The notes under the pieces were generated by a model. That model did not search any database, was not told the origin of the DNA, and saw only the letters and a program-made list of their open reading frames with translations. From contig JASANG010000273.1 of NCBI GenBank assembly GCA_030248215.1, forward strand, positions 310,001-374,000: a DNA stretch of 64,000 nucleotides, written 5' to 3'. Shown here one piece after another: positions 1 to 32,685 of the stretch (the first letter of the stretch is position 1; every line of letters starts with the position of its first letter). Both the position numbers and the translations under genes were made by a program. The stretch comes from Enoplolaimus lenunculus (lineage: Eukaryota).

Positions 1-913
1 TATGTATATATATTATATGTTTGAAATGGAACTAAAAAGAATGTTTCTGTAGTGTGTAAATACAGTAATTCCCGTAATATGCCTGCCTATTTAAATTCAG
101 CGTTATAGTTTCGAATACGCAGTAGTTGCTGGAAATATTGAGGGTCCCTTGCTACATTAGTTGAACTCGAACAGCGCCATCATGTTTTTGTTATCATTTT
201 ACCTATGCTGTAACTGTAACTCCGCGAATTATTCGCAAAATTCCATCAAAACAACAAACTTTTGTTTATACGTAACTTTTTAAAAATTGAAATTTACCGG
301 TCCAGAAGAACAGCAATTGCGCAAATTCATTTACGTATATATATACGTACGGGGGACAGCGGAATATATGCTCCCCACAAAGTTCTGCAGAAGCCGGAAA
401 ATAAACGCCTTCAACAGACGTTATAATCATGGTCCATATCGTAGTTCCAGTTTGTTTGTAGCAGAGTTTGTTTTTGTAAGCTTTGTTGCTAATATACAAC
501 AGTTACAGACCAGGGCTGAACAATCAATTATTAAAAATGTTTCAAATAATTTTTGAGTTGGCTCGAAACGTAAATGAAATGCATTCGTGGATGGCGTCAG
601 GACGATTTTTTTAATACTGGGTAATAAAGTGTTCAAACTAAGTTATGGGTGGGTTGCACTTTGGGCGATCCAATAAATTGTTTAAAAATAGCTTTAGCCT
701 AAGCCTAATTACAATTTTTTGAAATGGTTAGTTGAACTGAATATGGAGCAATTTGAATGCAAGAAAAACATACATACTCAAGTATGGACTCCAGTGTTCA
801 AGTTATGCTTATATATCTATTAGAGGTCTCCCTAAGCAGCGTTTAGAAAAAAGAACGGTTAAAAAGATACACGCTAATTTGCATATTACCTGTCCTAATT
901 TTACCATTTGAAT

Positions 914-1302
914 TAGGGATGTGCCGATACCAAAATTTTTGCCGATGCCGAACCGATGCCGATGCCGATTCCAACTTTAGTACACCATGCTTAATTAACA
1001 GATAGGATGCTACATTACATCATTATATGTAGACTTAAGAAACCCTAACCATAATAAACGATTATAATTTTAGACGAACGGTTCATTTCAATTAATTTTT
1101 TCAACACAGACGCAAGAAAGATATGAGTTTTCCTGACCGGACACATTGATTTGCGCCCAGAAATGAACTTGATAGCATTCAAACTGACTGTGATGTGCAA
1201 AAAGTATCGGCAAAGAATCGGCAATTTTTATGCGGTGCCGATGCCGATACTCACGAAAAAACTGCCGATTATTGCCGATGCCGATTAATCGGCACATCCC
1301 TA
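914..1302. mobile_element. hAT-type MITE
   Basis: TIR TAGGGATGTGCCGAT / ATCGGCACATCCCTA; perfect 8-bp TSD ATTTGAAT (906-913 and 1303-1310); subterminal GCCGAT repeats. Confidence 0.85.
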
Positions 1303-1359
1303 ATTTGAATGCGTTCTATTTTTATGTCGGTGTATACCACTATGTTCAACAGGGCATTG

Positions 1360-2575
1360 TTTTATTGAGCGAAACGAAACTCCGAGCGAAGCTCGGAGTT
1401 TTGCGAATCGTTTTATGTTTTGTACTTGGGGGTCGAAAGGTGGATGTCCGTCCGTCCGTCTGTCCGTCCGAAAAGAATCTCAGGAACGGCTGAACCGATT
1501 TTGATAAACTTTTTTTGTTTGAAAGCCAATGATCCTGGGGTGTTAACCTCGCATTAGGGTTTGAAAATTTTGAGCCGTTTATTAGCTACAAGCTAATTTG
1601 CATAATTAATTAAGCCTAAACTAGGACATTCCACAATATTTCACTAATTATTACAGTTAGAAGCCATCTAATTTTAGCATTAAAGGGTTTTTGGGTGCGA
1701 GGAATCCGCGTACACTGTTTACAAATCTCCAAAATGGATAATTGAGCAGTTAGCTAATAGATAATTTGCATATTAGCATAGTTTGCCTAAATTAGGACTT
1801 TTTACAATGTTTCATTAAGTTAAAAGCAATATAATTTCAGCACTAAAGGGTTTTTAGGTGCGAGGAATTTGAATAAATTGTTTACAAACCTCCATAACCG
1901 ATAATGGAATAGTTAGCTGATAGCTAATTTGCATATTAGCTTAAGTGACCAGGCAAAATTAGGACTTTTAAAATTATTTCAAAAATTATTAAGGTTAAAA
2001 GCAATATAATTTCAGCACTAAAGGGTTTTTAGGTGCGAGGAATCTGAATAAATTGTTTACAAACGTCTAAAACCAATAATTGATTAGTTAGCTAATAGAT
2101 AATTTGCATATTAGCATAGTTTATAAGCGTAAATCAGGACTTTTTACAATATTTCACTAATTATTTAGGTTAAAAGCAATATAATTTCAGCACTAAAGGG
2201 TTTTTAGGTGCAAGGAATTTGAATATTTCACTAATTATTACAGTTAGAAGCCATCTAATTTTAGCATTAAAGGGTTTTTGGGTGCGAGGAATCCGCGTAG
2301 ACTGTTTACAAACCTCCAAAACCGATAATTGAATAGTTAGCTAATCGCTAATTTGCATATTAGCTTAATTGACCAGGCAAAATTAGGACTTTTTGAATTA
2401 TTCCAATAATTATTAGGGTGGCTGAAAGGTTTTTGCGTGCGAGGAATCTGAGGAAATTGCTTACAAACCTCCAAAACCGATAAATGAATAGTTAGCTAAT
2501 AACTAATTTGCATATTACCTTAATTGCTTACGTGTGTTCGAGCTTCGCTCAATAAATGTAGTCCCACTACGACTG
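1360..2575 (+). mobile_element. Non-autonomous Helentron/DINE-1-like element (HINE) with central tandem repeats of about 170 bp
   Basis: SubTIR TTTATTGAGCGAA / TTCGCTCAATAAA; 5' palindrome CTCCGAGCGAAGCTCGGAG; (GTCC)n microsatellite at 1446-1470; core AACGGCTGAACCGATTTT; about 5-6 internal repeats; 3' stem-loop GTAGT-CCC-ACTAC; T-rich flanks. Confidence 0.75.
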
Positions 2576-2630
2576 GTATATATTGTTTTAGTTTAGTTTG
2601 GATAGTATATATTGTTTTGTATTGTTTTAG

Positions 2631-22719
<20,089 letters not shown>

Positions 22720-23579
22720 ATTAATTTGTGAACTGGAAATATTGTTGTCGAGAAAATATCAAAGGGTGAAATGCTCTATAATCAAAAGGAAGAGGAAGAA
22801 CGGCCTGGTTTGGTGGTGTCTTGGTTCTGGTCGGGATATAAGAAGTTGTAAGGAGCAATTTGGCAGGTACGGTGCGTAGCCAGAACACACTTGAGGATTT
22901 GAGTTCGTGACCAGAAACTTTATATCGGCAAAGATAACTGTGTTGATCTGTTATTGTTACTATTAAAAGTTGAAACACTACAAAATCTATGTGGTTTGGT
23001 TTAGCTACGACAAAGGCTGAATCTCCTTCTGTGTGATCCAGTATCTGCGGAAGGCAACTGCTTTGAAGTTAAAAGTGATGATTTTAACTGTCTCTATTGT
23101 TACTGTTGTTGTTGTTATATTGGTAAAATCAGCAAGGACATTAATAATATTGGTATAACGGAATTTGACAGCATTTGTAAGCTTTGTTTTTCACTAAATA
23201 TTGAAATTATTGAGCTTTTTGGACCTAGTATTTAGCTGTGGAATAGCTCAGGGTCATGTATGTAGTCCAACGTAATATAGTTTACGACTGTGTGCGTGAA
23301 TAATTGTAACCTCGGTAAATGTGGTATTAGTAATTGTGGCCGTTTGTTACGAAGCTCTCAGGTACTTAATAATATATTGCGATCGTCCCGTTAGACATTT
23401 CTGTATACGTCACTGTTGACTGCAAAGTAAAGCAACAAAAAACTGATAGAGATGCGGATGGAATGGCGTTATAACGAAACTGAGCACTATGCGATCTCGG
23501 ATTTGATTTTGTTCGATAAACGGAAGACAGATTTATTATTTACAATTATTAATTTTTGCTATAATTGTTATGGTTATAT

Positions 23580-23620
23580 TGTCGTCGTCATCGTCATCAT
23601 CATCGTCGTCGTTGTTGTCG

Positions 23621-23692
<72 letters not shown>

Positions 23693-23767
23693 TTGTTGTT
23701 GTTGTTGATGATGATGATGATGATGATGTTGTTGTTGTTGTTGTTGTTGTTGTTGCAGTTGTTGTTT
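23580..23767. repeat. Compound (GTC/GTT/GAT)n microsatellite downstream of the FHA-PHD stop codon
   Basis: Directly visible; opposite orientation to the (CAA)n tracts of the CDS. Confidence 0.95.
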
Positions 23768-24887
23768 TAAAACGAATGTAAATAAGTCAGCCTCTCTACG
23801 AGATGATTTATAGTTTATTGGGGGCCAATAGAATGCAGCTACGCTGTTATGACACAAAATTCTGTGCTTGGAAATTGAAAGGTGTGTAATATTAGCATAA
23901 TTCCGTAATCTGCTGCTTACAGTGTTTGCAAGTAAAAGCTTATAGAATTTTAGGATATACGTGTACAGTTCTGGTATAAATATATTATTGCACAACTGTG
24001 ATTATAGTCTTGAAATGGAATAATTATTACATACATATCAATGTAACTCATTGTACTTAGTAGCAATTTTAGTTGCGGGTATTTGAAAAGTTGAAACCCG
24101 TACCAGAAAATGACGCATGACCAGGGGTGCAGCAGGTTATCTAAAACAGTGGGGTGGGTGTATTGCGAGTTGTTACATATACACTAAGTTTTCAATGCTT
24201 TGTCTCACGCTCAGGGTCGTAGTCCGCTCCCTTGTGGGACACAATTTTTAGAGGGGCATGCATGAATTTTTACATGCCTTACAAGCGATGTTGAAACTTT
24301 TCTAGGTGTGCAGAGTTTTTTCGAAGGGGGGGGCTGAGCCCCTCTGGCGACGTGCCCGCTCAGCTGCTTCGAAAACGGATATGATTTACGGTTTCGGATA
24401 CTGTTCGAATTTCCTGAATACGTAAGAAGACGGTCATAAATCACAACAACAAAATCGTTCAATTAGGCGACGAATGGGTTTCAAAATTTGCCGATACAGT
24501 ATTAAGCTATATAAACAAATATGTAACGACGTAATTAGCGGTCCGCATTTTAGGGGTCGAACACCATTTGCGAATTTTTTCCAGTGGTTTTTAGATACTT
24601 TTGCAGGTGGTAACACAGGCCATAGCCAGCTGTTCAAATTCTTGGTTTCGCCGATGTCTACATGTACGCTTAGAGCTGCATACGCATGCTATGCTTGCTT
24701 CCATCGAATCTATGTGCAAAATCACCTCGAGTATTGACAATCTTTGTGTAGTATGGCTACGTTTGAGTTTAGTTGTACCGTGATGTACAAAAATACCATT
24801 ATGTGCTTATTTTAAATTTATCTCTTCGTCTGTTTAATGAACGTTGCGGTAACTTTCAGCGGTCCGTAACTTTGATGATCCAAGTTT

Positions 24888-25041
24888 GGGCTCATGTAAA
24901 TATCAGGGGCGGAGTGTTTTTCTCCGGGACTGTAATTGAGTAAGCTTAAGCTTTAGACTAATTTTTTGCTTAGGCTTATGTATAAGCTCATTATTACGCT
25001 CAGGCTTAGGTTTGTTACGGCTCTGTTCTATACATTAGCCC
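24888..25041. mobile_element. Short TIR element with internal TTAGGC-like repeats
   Basis: GGCTCATGTAAA...TATACATTAGCC; homologous in reverse orientation to 27606-27776 and in the same orientation to 54931-55115. Confidence 0.65.
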
Positions 25042-26030
25042 AATGGAAACAATTTTAATATCTCTGAAGAATAAAACCAAAAAGTTTTAGTAGGAAAATT
25101 TTAAACAATTAAAATAATATAATACCTCTAGTGGCGGTATTCAAAACTGTACGTAGAACCTATCGTCAGCGTTAGTAATAGGGGAAAGTTTAATCCAAGG
25201 ATTGTATTAAGTGGAAAGACCGTCATTTTTTGTTTCAAAAGTTACACGATCTGTGACCAAGTGGCGATTGGTGATACACACATTTGAGAATATGGACATA
25301 TAGGTCTTATAGAGCTGTAATGCAGTACTGTTTGGATTTTGTCGTAGTACAGGTGTGAGATTGTCAGCTAATACTACTTCATTATATGGCTATGCTCCAT
25401 TCTAATTGAGTTTCGGTTTGCGAATTGTAAAATAGTTATAACTGGACTTAATACTTGTAACAATAACCCTTAATTGACTAGCATGACAATCCTTTGACGA
25501 AGTATGTATTTTTGGTACCAACCCAATATCTGAAACGTTACCGAAAGTTACATGGTACGTACAGGTTACTTTGGGTTTTGCATACTACAATTGAATGTTC
25601 TAAAAACGTTATTCCGTTAATATGTTGCTTGTATATCTGTTGTTTTTGGCTTGTTGTATATTGGTACAAATTTAAGTAAGTACATATTTTAGTAATGTTA
25701 TAGATTCCTCCTACAGTTTTCAAAAGTTTCGAAGTTTTGGCACAAACTAAACTTACTTTTTGGCTTAGATTTAAGCCTGTGTAAGGAAAGTGTACAATAG
25801 CATTTTTATTTGCCTCTACTTATTTATTTTTAAATTAATTTGCACTTAGAGCAGGGGTATCAGTCTCGGTCTCGACATGTCTCGGTTTTTGGCAGATCTG
25901 AGCCTTGCTTTTTTGAGTCGGTGGTTTGGAACTGAGACCAGAAGTCAAGGATTCAGCAAATGTATGGCTGTATTGGAGAAGTAAGTGATGTCTGATAAAA
26001 TTTCGCAATGAATCCGCGATTTTATTTTGA

Positions 26031-26183
26031 AAATTTTAATTAGTCTCAGGTGATGACCAAAAATTGAGCGAGACCGAGACTGCATTTTGTTGCGCTAACG
26101 TCTGCTAAATTTTAATTAGTCTCAGGTGATGACCAAAAATTGAGCGAGATCGAGACTGCATTTTGTTGCGCTAACGTCTGCTA
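26031..26183. repeat. Near-perfect tandem duplication of about 75 bp
   Basis: AAATTTTAATTAGTCTCAGGTGATGACC...GCTAACGTCTGCTA occurs twice with about one mismatch. Confidence 0.85.
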
Positions 26184-27605
26184 TAGAATCTTAGAATTGT
26201 AGTTTTTGGTTAATATGGTAATAAGATGTAGTTTTGTGAATTTTCATTATTTAAGTATATTTCAGCAAATGTATAGATTTTTAGTTGGTTGAGGATGTTT
26301 GTACATATTGTGTTGGTTGTCATGTGTATTTTGCGGAAAAGCGTATGCTTTGTAATATATACTCAATTCATGCAAAATTATACTCCTGTGAATTTAGTAC
26401 CCATGCTATAGTATTGAACGCTTTTTCACTTGCTTTAGAGTATGTTTATACTGCTATAGTTGAATGGTGATTGTAAACGGCAATATCGGTCACCAGTTGA
26501 TAAATAACTAATTTGAATACTGTTCTACATACGATTTGATGCTAAAAAACGTTTGCTTGTACGAACCAGGCTGCAACCGAACGTGAAAAAAACCCGGAGT
26601 CGGAAGTAAACAAATTTTGCCGGTCCCGGAGATAAAGCAAAAAATTTCGTTTATATAGAAATGTTGTTGAATTTGGTTAATATATATTAACAATTATTAA
26701 TAGTGTCCGAAAATTTGATTTTGGGCTTTCTTTGAGAAATTTCAGCTATTACAGGTTCAAAAATTGCAAGCAAAAGTTTAAGTCGCCGAAAGGTACACCC
26801 GAACCGAAGTTGGTGCTTTAACTTTCGGTCGTTCCTTTCATGATTGCAACTCGATAAGTTTAAATTTGCATTCGCTTTTCGAAGGGTTTTGGTTCTCTCC
26901 GTCCTGAACAATAAATCATAAAGTCTTGTTGTCAACTGGAATAAAAATGTGTTGTAGTTTAAAAAACATGTGTATACATGATTCAATTTGCAAAAATTTC
27001 TATCCAATAAATGAATATTTCTTGTAGTGATGAGCATCTATCTATGTATTTTATTAAGACCAGTCGCGCATGGAGATAATAGATATTGGCCCATGCATAG
27101 AACAGGGACGGATCGTTTTCCAGAGGGACAATAATAGAGTCAGTTCAAGCTTTAGGCTAATTTTTTGCTTAGGCTTAGGCTCAGGAATAGGCTCATCCAT
27201 ACTGGTTACGAAAATATTTGTGGATGGTAGCCATCGAATTTGCATCAGTACTTCCGTAACGCTATAATGCGCGAGCTCCGCACGTGCAACGTCGCTACAC
27301 TTCACTGTACTTATATGATGAATATTAAAATCCCTTACAAACTGGAATTCATACTAAAGCTTACTTCGCACGCGTCAATGCAGGGATCTTGAATTAAATT
27401 ATAATATCAAACTTGTTTGGCCTAAGTTAGTTTCAGGTGCGTCTCATTTTTCCGCGGGACAGCAAAAGTACCGGCGAGCAGCATTTGCTACATCGTTTGT
27501 GCATAAGTGTACTTTATTATTTGTGGCTTGGTTAGCAAGATTTCTTAGTACGGGAGACTTGGAGGGACGGCAACCCCGTATCCTGCTTAGGGTTCGTCCA
27601 AGTGT

Positions 27606-27776
27606 GGCCAATGTATAGAACAGCGACGGTTTATAAGCATAGTCCTAAGCCTAAGGGTAAGAATTAGCATATTCCTAAACCTAAGCCTAAGCCAAGCAAA
27701 AAAATTAGTCCAAAGCTAAGCTTACTCTATTCCAGTCCCACAGAAAAACGTTCCGCCCCTCATCTTTACACGAGCC
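27606..27776. mobile_element. Short TIR element with internal GCCTAA repeats
   Basis: GGCCAATGTATAGAACAG...CTTTACACGAGCC; same family as 24888, 27088 (partial) and 54931. Confidence 0.65.
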
Positions 27777-27874
27777 AAAGTGCGGAACACATTTTATTGC
27801 AAGGGCGTCTACACGAGGAATTGGTGGGTCGTTCCCCTCTCATTTGGCTGGAACCGTATACTCCCACATAGACT

Positions 27875-28256
27875 CGGGCCAGACACTGTGATTAAAAATT
27901 GATTTTTGGATTCATGCCGCATCCCCTCGTTAAGAAGTTTTCAACTCTACCAAACGTGTTTTGAACGAATAAAATTCGTACGTTATAAATTTTGCACAAT
28001 ATGAAAAGAATTTGATTTGTGTCCCAGTGTCCCGTTTTTCCAGCGAAAGTTTGCGGTTGCCCCGTTTTCCCTGCGAAGATTTGCAGCTGTCCCGTTTCCC
28101 CATTTGCCAGAAACACGCCTGTCCCATTTTCCAGTTTTCCCAACGATATTGCAGCTGTCCCGTTTTTTTCATTTGCCCGAATCATACCTGTCCCGTTTTC
28201 CCATCAAAAAATTGCAGCTGTACTGTTTTCTCATTTGCCCTAAACAATCTGGCCCG
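27875..28256. mobile_element. MITE with internal GTCCCGTTTT repeats
   Basis: Inverted ends CGGGCCAGA / TCTGGCCCG; about 30-bp subrepeats at 28020-28230. Confidence 0.5.
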
Positions 28257-28269
28257 CAGCAATATACCC

Positions 28270-30770
28270 AGCGTGAAATGTTTTGCTGGGTTGGTCGGGA
28301 CAACTTCAAACCTGTTTTTTCTGGGTCGGTCGGGACAGCCGGGACAGCTTCGAAGCAATGTTTTTGTTGGGTCGGTCGGGACAGCCCTGGCAGCTTCGAG
28401 CCTATATTTTTGCCGGGTCAGTCGGGACAGCCAGGACAGTGTGGACCTGGCCGATGTATATATAGAACACTTTCACAAAAACGTTTTCTTTTATTGCGTT
28501 TTCAAGGGGGCTGTCGACCCCAAACCCCCACACAAAGCAATTCATAATTTGAGCAAAATTTTTGACGTTGTCTTTGCAGCTTAAGTGTGAGAACCGCTTA
28601 GTGTGGGTGCTTGGGGGCGGCAGCCCCCTCAGAACGTAATTTACAAGTTACCTATATAGAGGATGGAAGGTTTTATCTCGGGAAGTTGTCTTTTATTGTG
28701 TTCTCAAAGGGGTTGTGCCCCTTCAAACAGCCCCCCTCCCGCCACACTAGGCAATTTACGTATATGTTGAAATTGCATTAAACACTGTTATTGTGCATCA
28801 AATACATTTCAAACAGCTCAGCCTTAAAAATGATACCACAAATAGCGAATTCTGACCAATGGCGTTGTCAGGATTTGGTTTCCGGAACGTAGCCTACTCA
28901 AAATATCATTCAAAATTTAAATTATATGAGCAACGTAAAATAAAATTACGGTTAATATGTGTTAAATTAGTACAAACAGACTATTTCACCCGACCCGTAA
29001 AGTGAGAGGTCACCAAAATTTTATAATCCCAAAGTCTCGTTTGCACGGATAATATATATCCGAATTTCCCAAAATCCCAATTTCTCGGATAATATCCCAA
29101 TTTCCCAAAATCTCGAGCGAAAACGCTGCGTCCAAAACAGCAATTTCCCGGGTAATATCAAAATTTCAAAAAATCCCAAGCGAAAAACGCTGTGCCCAAA
29201 ATCGCAATTTCTCGGGTAATATCGAAAATTCCCAAAATACCAATTGCCCGTGTAATACTCAATTTCCCAAATATTTTTGTTACGTGGTTCGAAACAACTG
29301 GCACAGCTTAAAGCCCATGTTTTCGCTGAGTTGGTCGAAACAACTTCAAGCCTATGTTTTCGCTGGGCCGGTATATATAGCGGAACAACGTCGAAGCATA
29401 TGTTTCCTGAAACAGAGCTGGCCGGAGTCCCATCAAAAATATACTTAAACACTACTGTACCGGCAAAATATATGCTACGAACGAACCTATTCCAATATTT
29501 TGCTTAAATGTTTATATATATAGATGAGCATTTCTAGTGCATTAATTTATTAACTAAATGCTAAATAAAAACATTCTCCAAACACCAAAATCGTTCGACA
29601 TTCGTTGTTTGTACAGGTTGTATTAGGTAAAGGGCCCATGTTACTTTAAGGGGCGTCCAGGTTTCTGGAGGGTTTATAAAAGAGTAGTAGGTTTAGATTC
29701 TATATACTTTTTTGCTTAGACTTAGGCTTAGGAACACATCCTTGCAACGATTAGGCTTAGGCTTAGGAATATGCTTAATCTACTGTTTACGCCCCTAAAA
29801 GTAACATTCGCCAAGTAAAGTATCATTTTTTATTAGTATCGGCACATATAGCAAAATTAATGTTTTTCTTGGTAACCCCAAAGTACTATTTTTATCTTGT
29901 AAATGTTGGTTGAATTGATTACACGTCAACAGTCAACACAGAAAGTGACAGATTTACTCAGCCTGAAAAAATTACAAAGAAGTTACGTTTTTTTGCAAAT
30001 CGGGGTTGCAGTTGTACAATCGGAGGTCTGCATAAAGGCTTCTGCAGAAAATTGACCAGCTCCTGTTCAGGGAAAAGGTTTGCCGGAGGTTCAGGCAATT
30101 TGGGTAGATGCTTCAAAACAAACTTGCGATGAATTGATAAACACCAATTATATTTTTATTGACTAAAATTTTACAAACTGTGGTGCCGGCTCCGGTGTGT
30201 CTTCACCTTTGCTTGCGCACTGCTTACTGCTTGTCTTCGCCACATCGTCGCAAACAGGAATGGTAGATCACTGCTATTTATATTTTGCAAAAATATATCT
30301 AAAACAAGCGGATCACGACTGGATCACAAAAATTTCTTTAACTCTACACTATACTTACAGGTTCAGGTACACTGTATAACGCAAGTGAACTGCAAGCTGT
30401 CCCGGATGTCCCGACCGACCCATCAAAACCATAGGTTCCAAGTTGACCCGGCTGGCCCGACTGACCCATTGAAAACACACATCGAAGCTGTCCCAGCTGC
30501 CCGCCCGACCCAGCAACAAAATAAGCTCAAAGCTGTCCTGGCTGTCCCAACCAACCAGCAAAAACATAGAATTGAAGCTGTCCCGTCTATCCCGCCCGAC
30601 CCAGCAAAAACATAGGCTCGAAGCTGTGCTGGCGGTCACGCGTAATGCTGCAAAATCCTAGACTCGAAGTTGTCTTGGCGGTCTCGCTCGATCCAGCTCA
30701 AAACTGTCTTGACTGTCCCGCCGACCCAGCAACAGCATAGGCTCGAAGCTGTCCCTCCGTCCCAGCACAA
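28270..30770. mobile_element. Foldback-like element (copy A) with terminal arrays of about 40-45-bp GGTCGGGACAGC...TTCGAG repeats in opposite orientations; contains nested insertions
   Basis: Repeats in + orientation at 28280-28450 and 29280-29380 and in - orientation at 30390-30770; the internal segment 29280-30380 is homologous to the reverse complement of about 46160-47060. Confidence 0.6.
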
Positions 30771-32685
30771 ATATATGGGCAAAAGTGGTGGCTTGTTGCT
30801 GTCCCGAGGGAAAACGGGACGCCCCTCAGAAAAGCGTATTCAAGGCAAAAATTGCGAGTAAAACGCGTGAATGTTTCTTTGCAGCTCAAACTTACACCAT
30901 GAATTCACGAATGAATAGCCTTGCAAATTGAAAATATAAATACGCTGTTTGATATTTATATATTGCAGTCGTTTGCAATTTGTAGAAAATTCATGCTGAT
31001 ACTCAGAATAATAATGACGTTTGAACAACATAAATTTACTAGACTTCACTTTCAGTCATACGAAAGAACGATAGCAAAATAAAAATACATTAATACTTGG
31101 AGCAAACGGATATTGAAGTATAAAACCTTCAAAGATGTTTTATTATTCTTCCACGCGATTGAGGCGGGCAAATATTCACCGATCTTTCTAAAATTTTAAA
31201 CAAAAAATGGCGGATGCATAGGAACTTTTCAAATTTTGGATAAATTTCGTAATTTCTATATAATTTCGAAGAATTGCAGCATATCCGCAATGACAAATTT
31301 CATGATACATAAGTGATTTTAGTTATAATTTTGGACGTAAAATAGCAGAATTTCAGTTATTTCTATATTAACGGAAACGGACACCGATTTTATCGGAAAT
31401 CGATATCCGGTTACACTCTGATTATCACACAATTTAGAAATCGTGTTGAAACATTGAACGAAAATTAAGTTCGAGCTTTGAATTTTTTTGTAAGTAGAGA
31501 AACTCTGAAATGAATAGCTTGCTTTTTCGCATTTGTCAAAACGCTATTTTCTCATCAATATAAACGATATTTTCAAATCGTGCAAAATATTTTGCATTTT
31601 TAACACTATTCCTTAACTGGTAGTTAACTATATATTATTAATAATGCTTGGACAAACAAGGCATTTAAATGCATAGCAAGAGCACGACGGTTTCTGCAAC
31701 AATTTAAAAAATCTGTTGCCAAAGTTCAAAAACTGTTCGCTAACAACTGTAACGATGTTTACTTTAAGCAGTAATAAAATAAAAATTTCAAAGGTGCACT
31801 CTATTTTCAAGAAATAATTTACGAATTTTATCAGCACAATTATTGTTTTAATAAATTAAACAAAATTAAATATATAATTTAACTAAACAAGCAACAGGTT
31901 TAACACGCTGGGGCTCTCCATGGCAGAGAGGTGGGCCCCAAACTTCTGGTCTACCCACAGGTTCATGACCTCGCAGAGTTCGGGCATCATAGAAGGTCTA
32001 TGTATATACACGATAAAATTTTTTATGAGTTGAAAACTATGATTCGAATAACCACTTCTGAGTATTTAGCAGCAAAAAATGCCATTAAAACTTAAATAAT
32101 CACAGAAGGAATACTATATACTATAGTGAACGTTACAGAAAAGTATGCAATTACGTATAAAAATGCCCTAAGGTTGACCCTGAGAAATCAACCCACCCCC
32201 TCCTTATTTGAAGTAAACTCTGGGTTTCATTCAGGTTCAAACTGGGGGAAGCTTTAACAAAAAAATAGAAAGAGGGAGAGATCAACATTCCTTCGAAACC
32301 ACTGCAATCTCAACATACAATTAACATTTCAAACGGCACAGGAATTTGTGTAAAATAATAATCATCTGACCAACTGGAGGAAAATTTCCAGCTATACACT
32401 AGTCAAGTACCAAAAAACCATCTCCCACCAAAGTTTTTTGCGAGTGAACACTTATTCCCATGCAGCGAAACAATCTCAAAATAGACATTCCATCCTTGCA
32501 CGAAAATCAGACCAAACTCACTTCGGATCGGTTGAAAATTCCCCTTTTTGACCAGTCTGTCGCGAATACATTCGATCCAATTATGTCCCTATTATTTCAG
32601 ATTCCTGCTTTTCTATGTACCTATTTCTACAATCAAACGCAAGACTCGCCCAATAACAGCTCCTTACCTTTGATTTTTCCCTTCG

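Noticed and set aside
287..556. ORF with a GTAAG donor at 476 as first exon of the FHA gene
   Set aside because: The donor is phase 0 in the open frame, while the exon at 2631 needs phase 2; the alternative frame has a stop.
26031..26183. TGATGA-containing duplicated unit as a C/D snoRNA pair
   Set aside because: No CTGA box D or terminal stem; more likely a local duplication in a MITE remnant or an assembly artefact.
28012..28584. ORFs of 176-190 aa, and similar ones at 45650-46201
   Set aside because: They lie on MITE and foldback subrepeats, with no transposase motifs.
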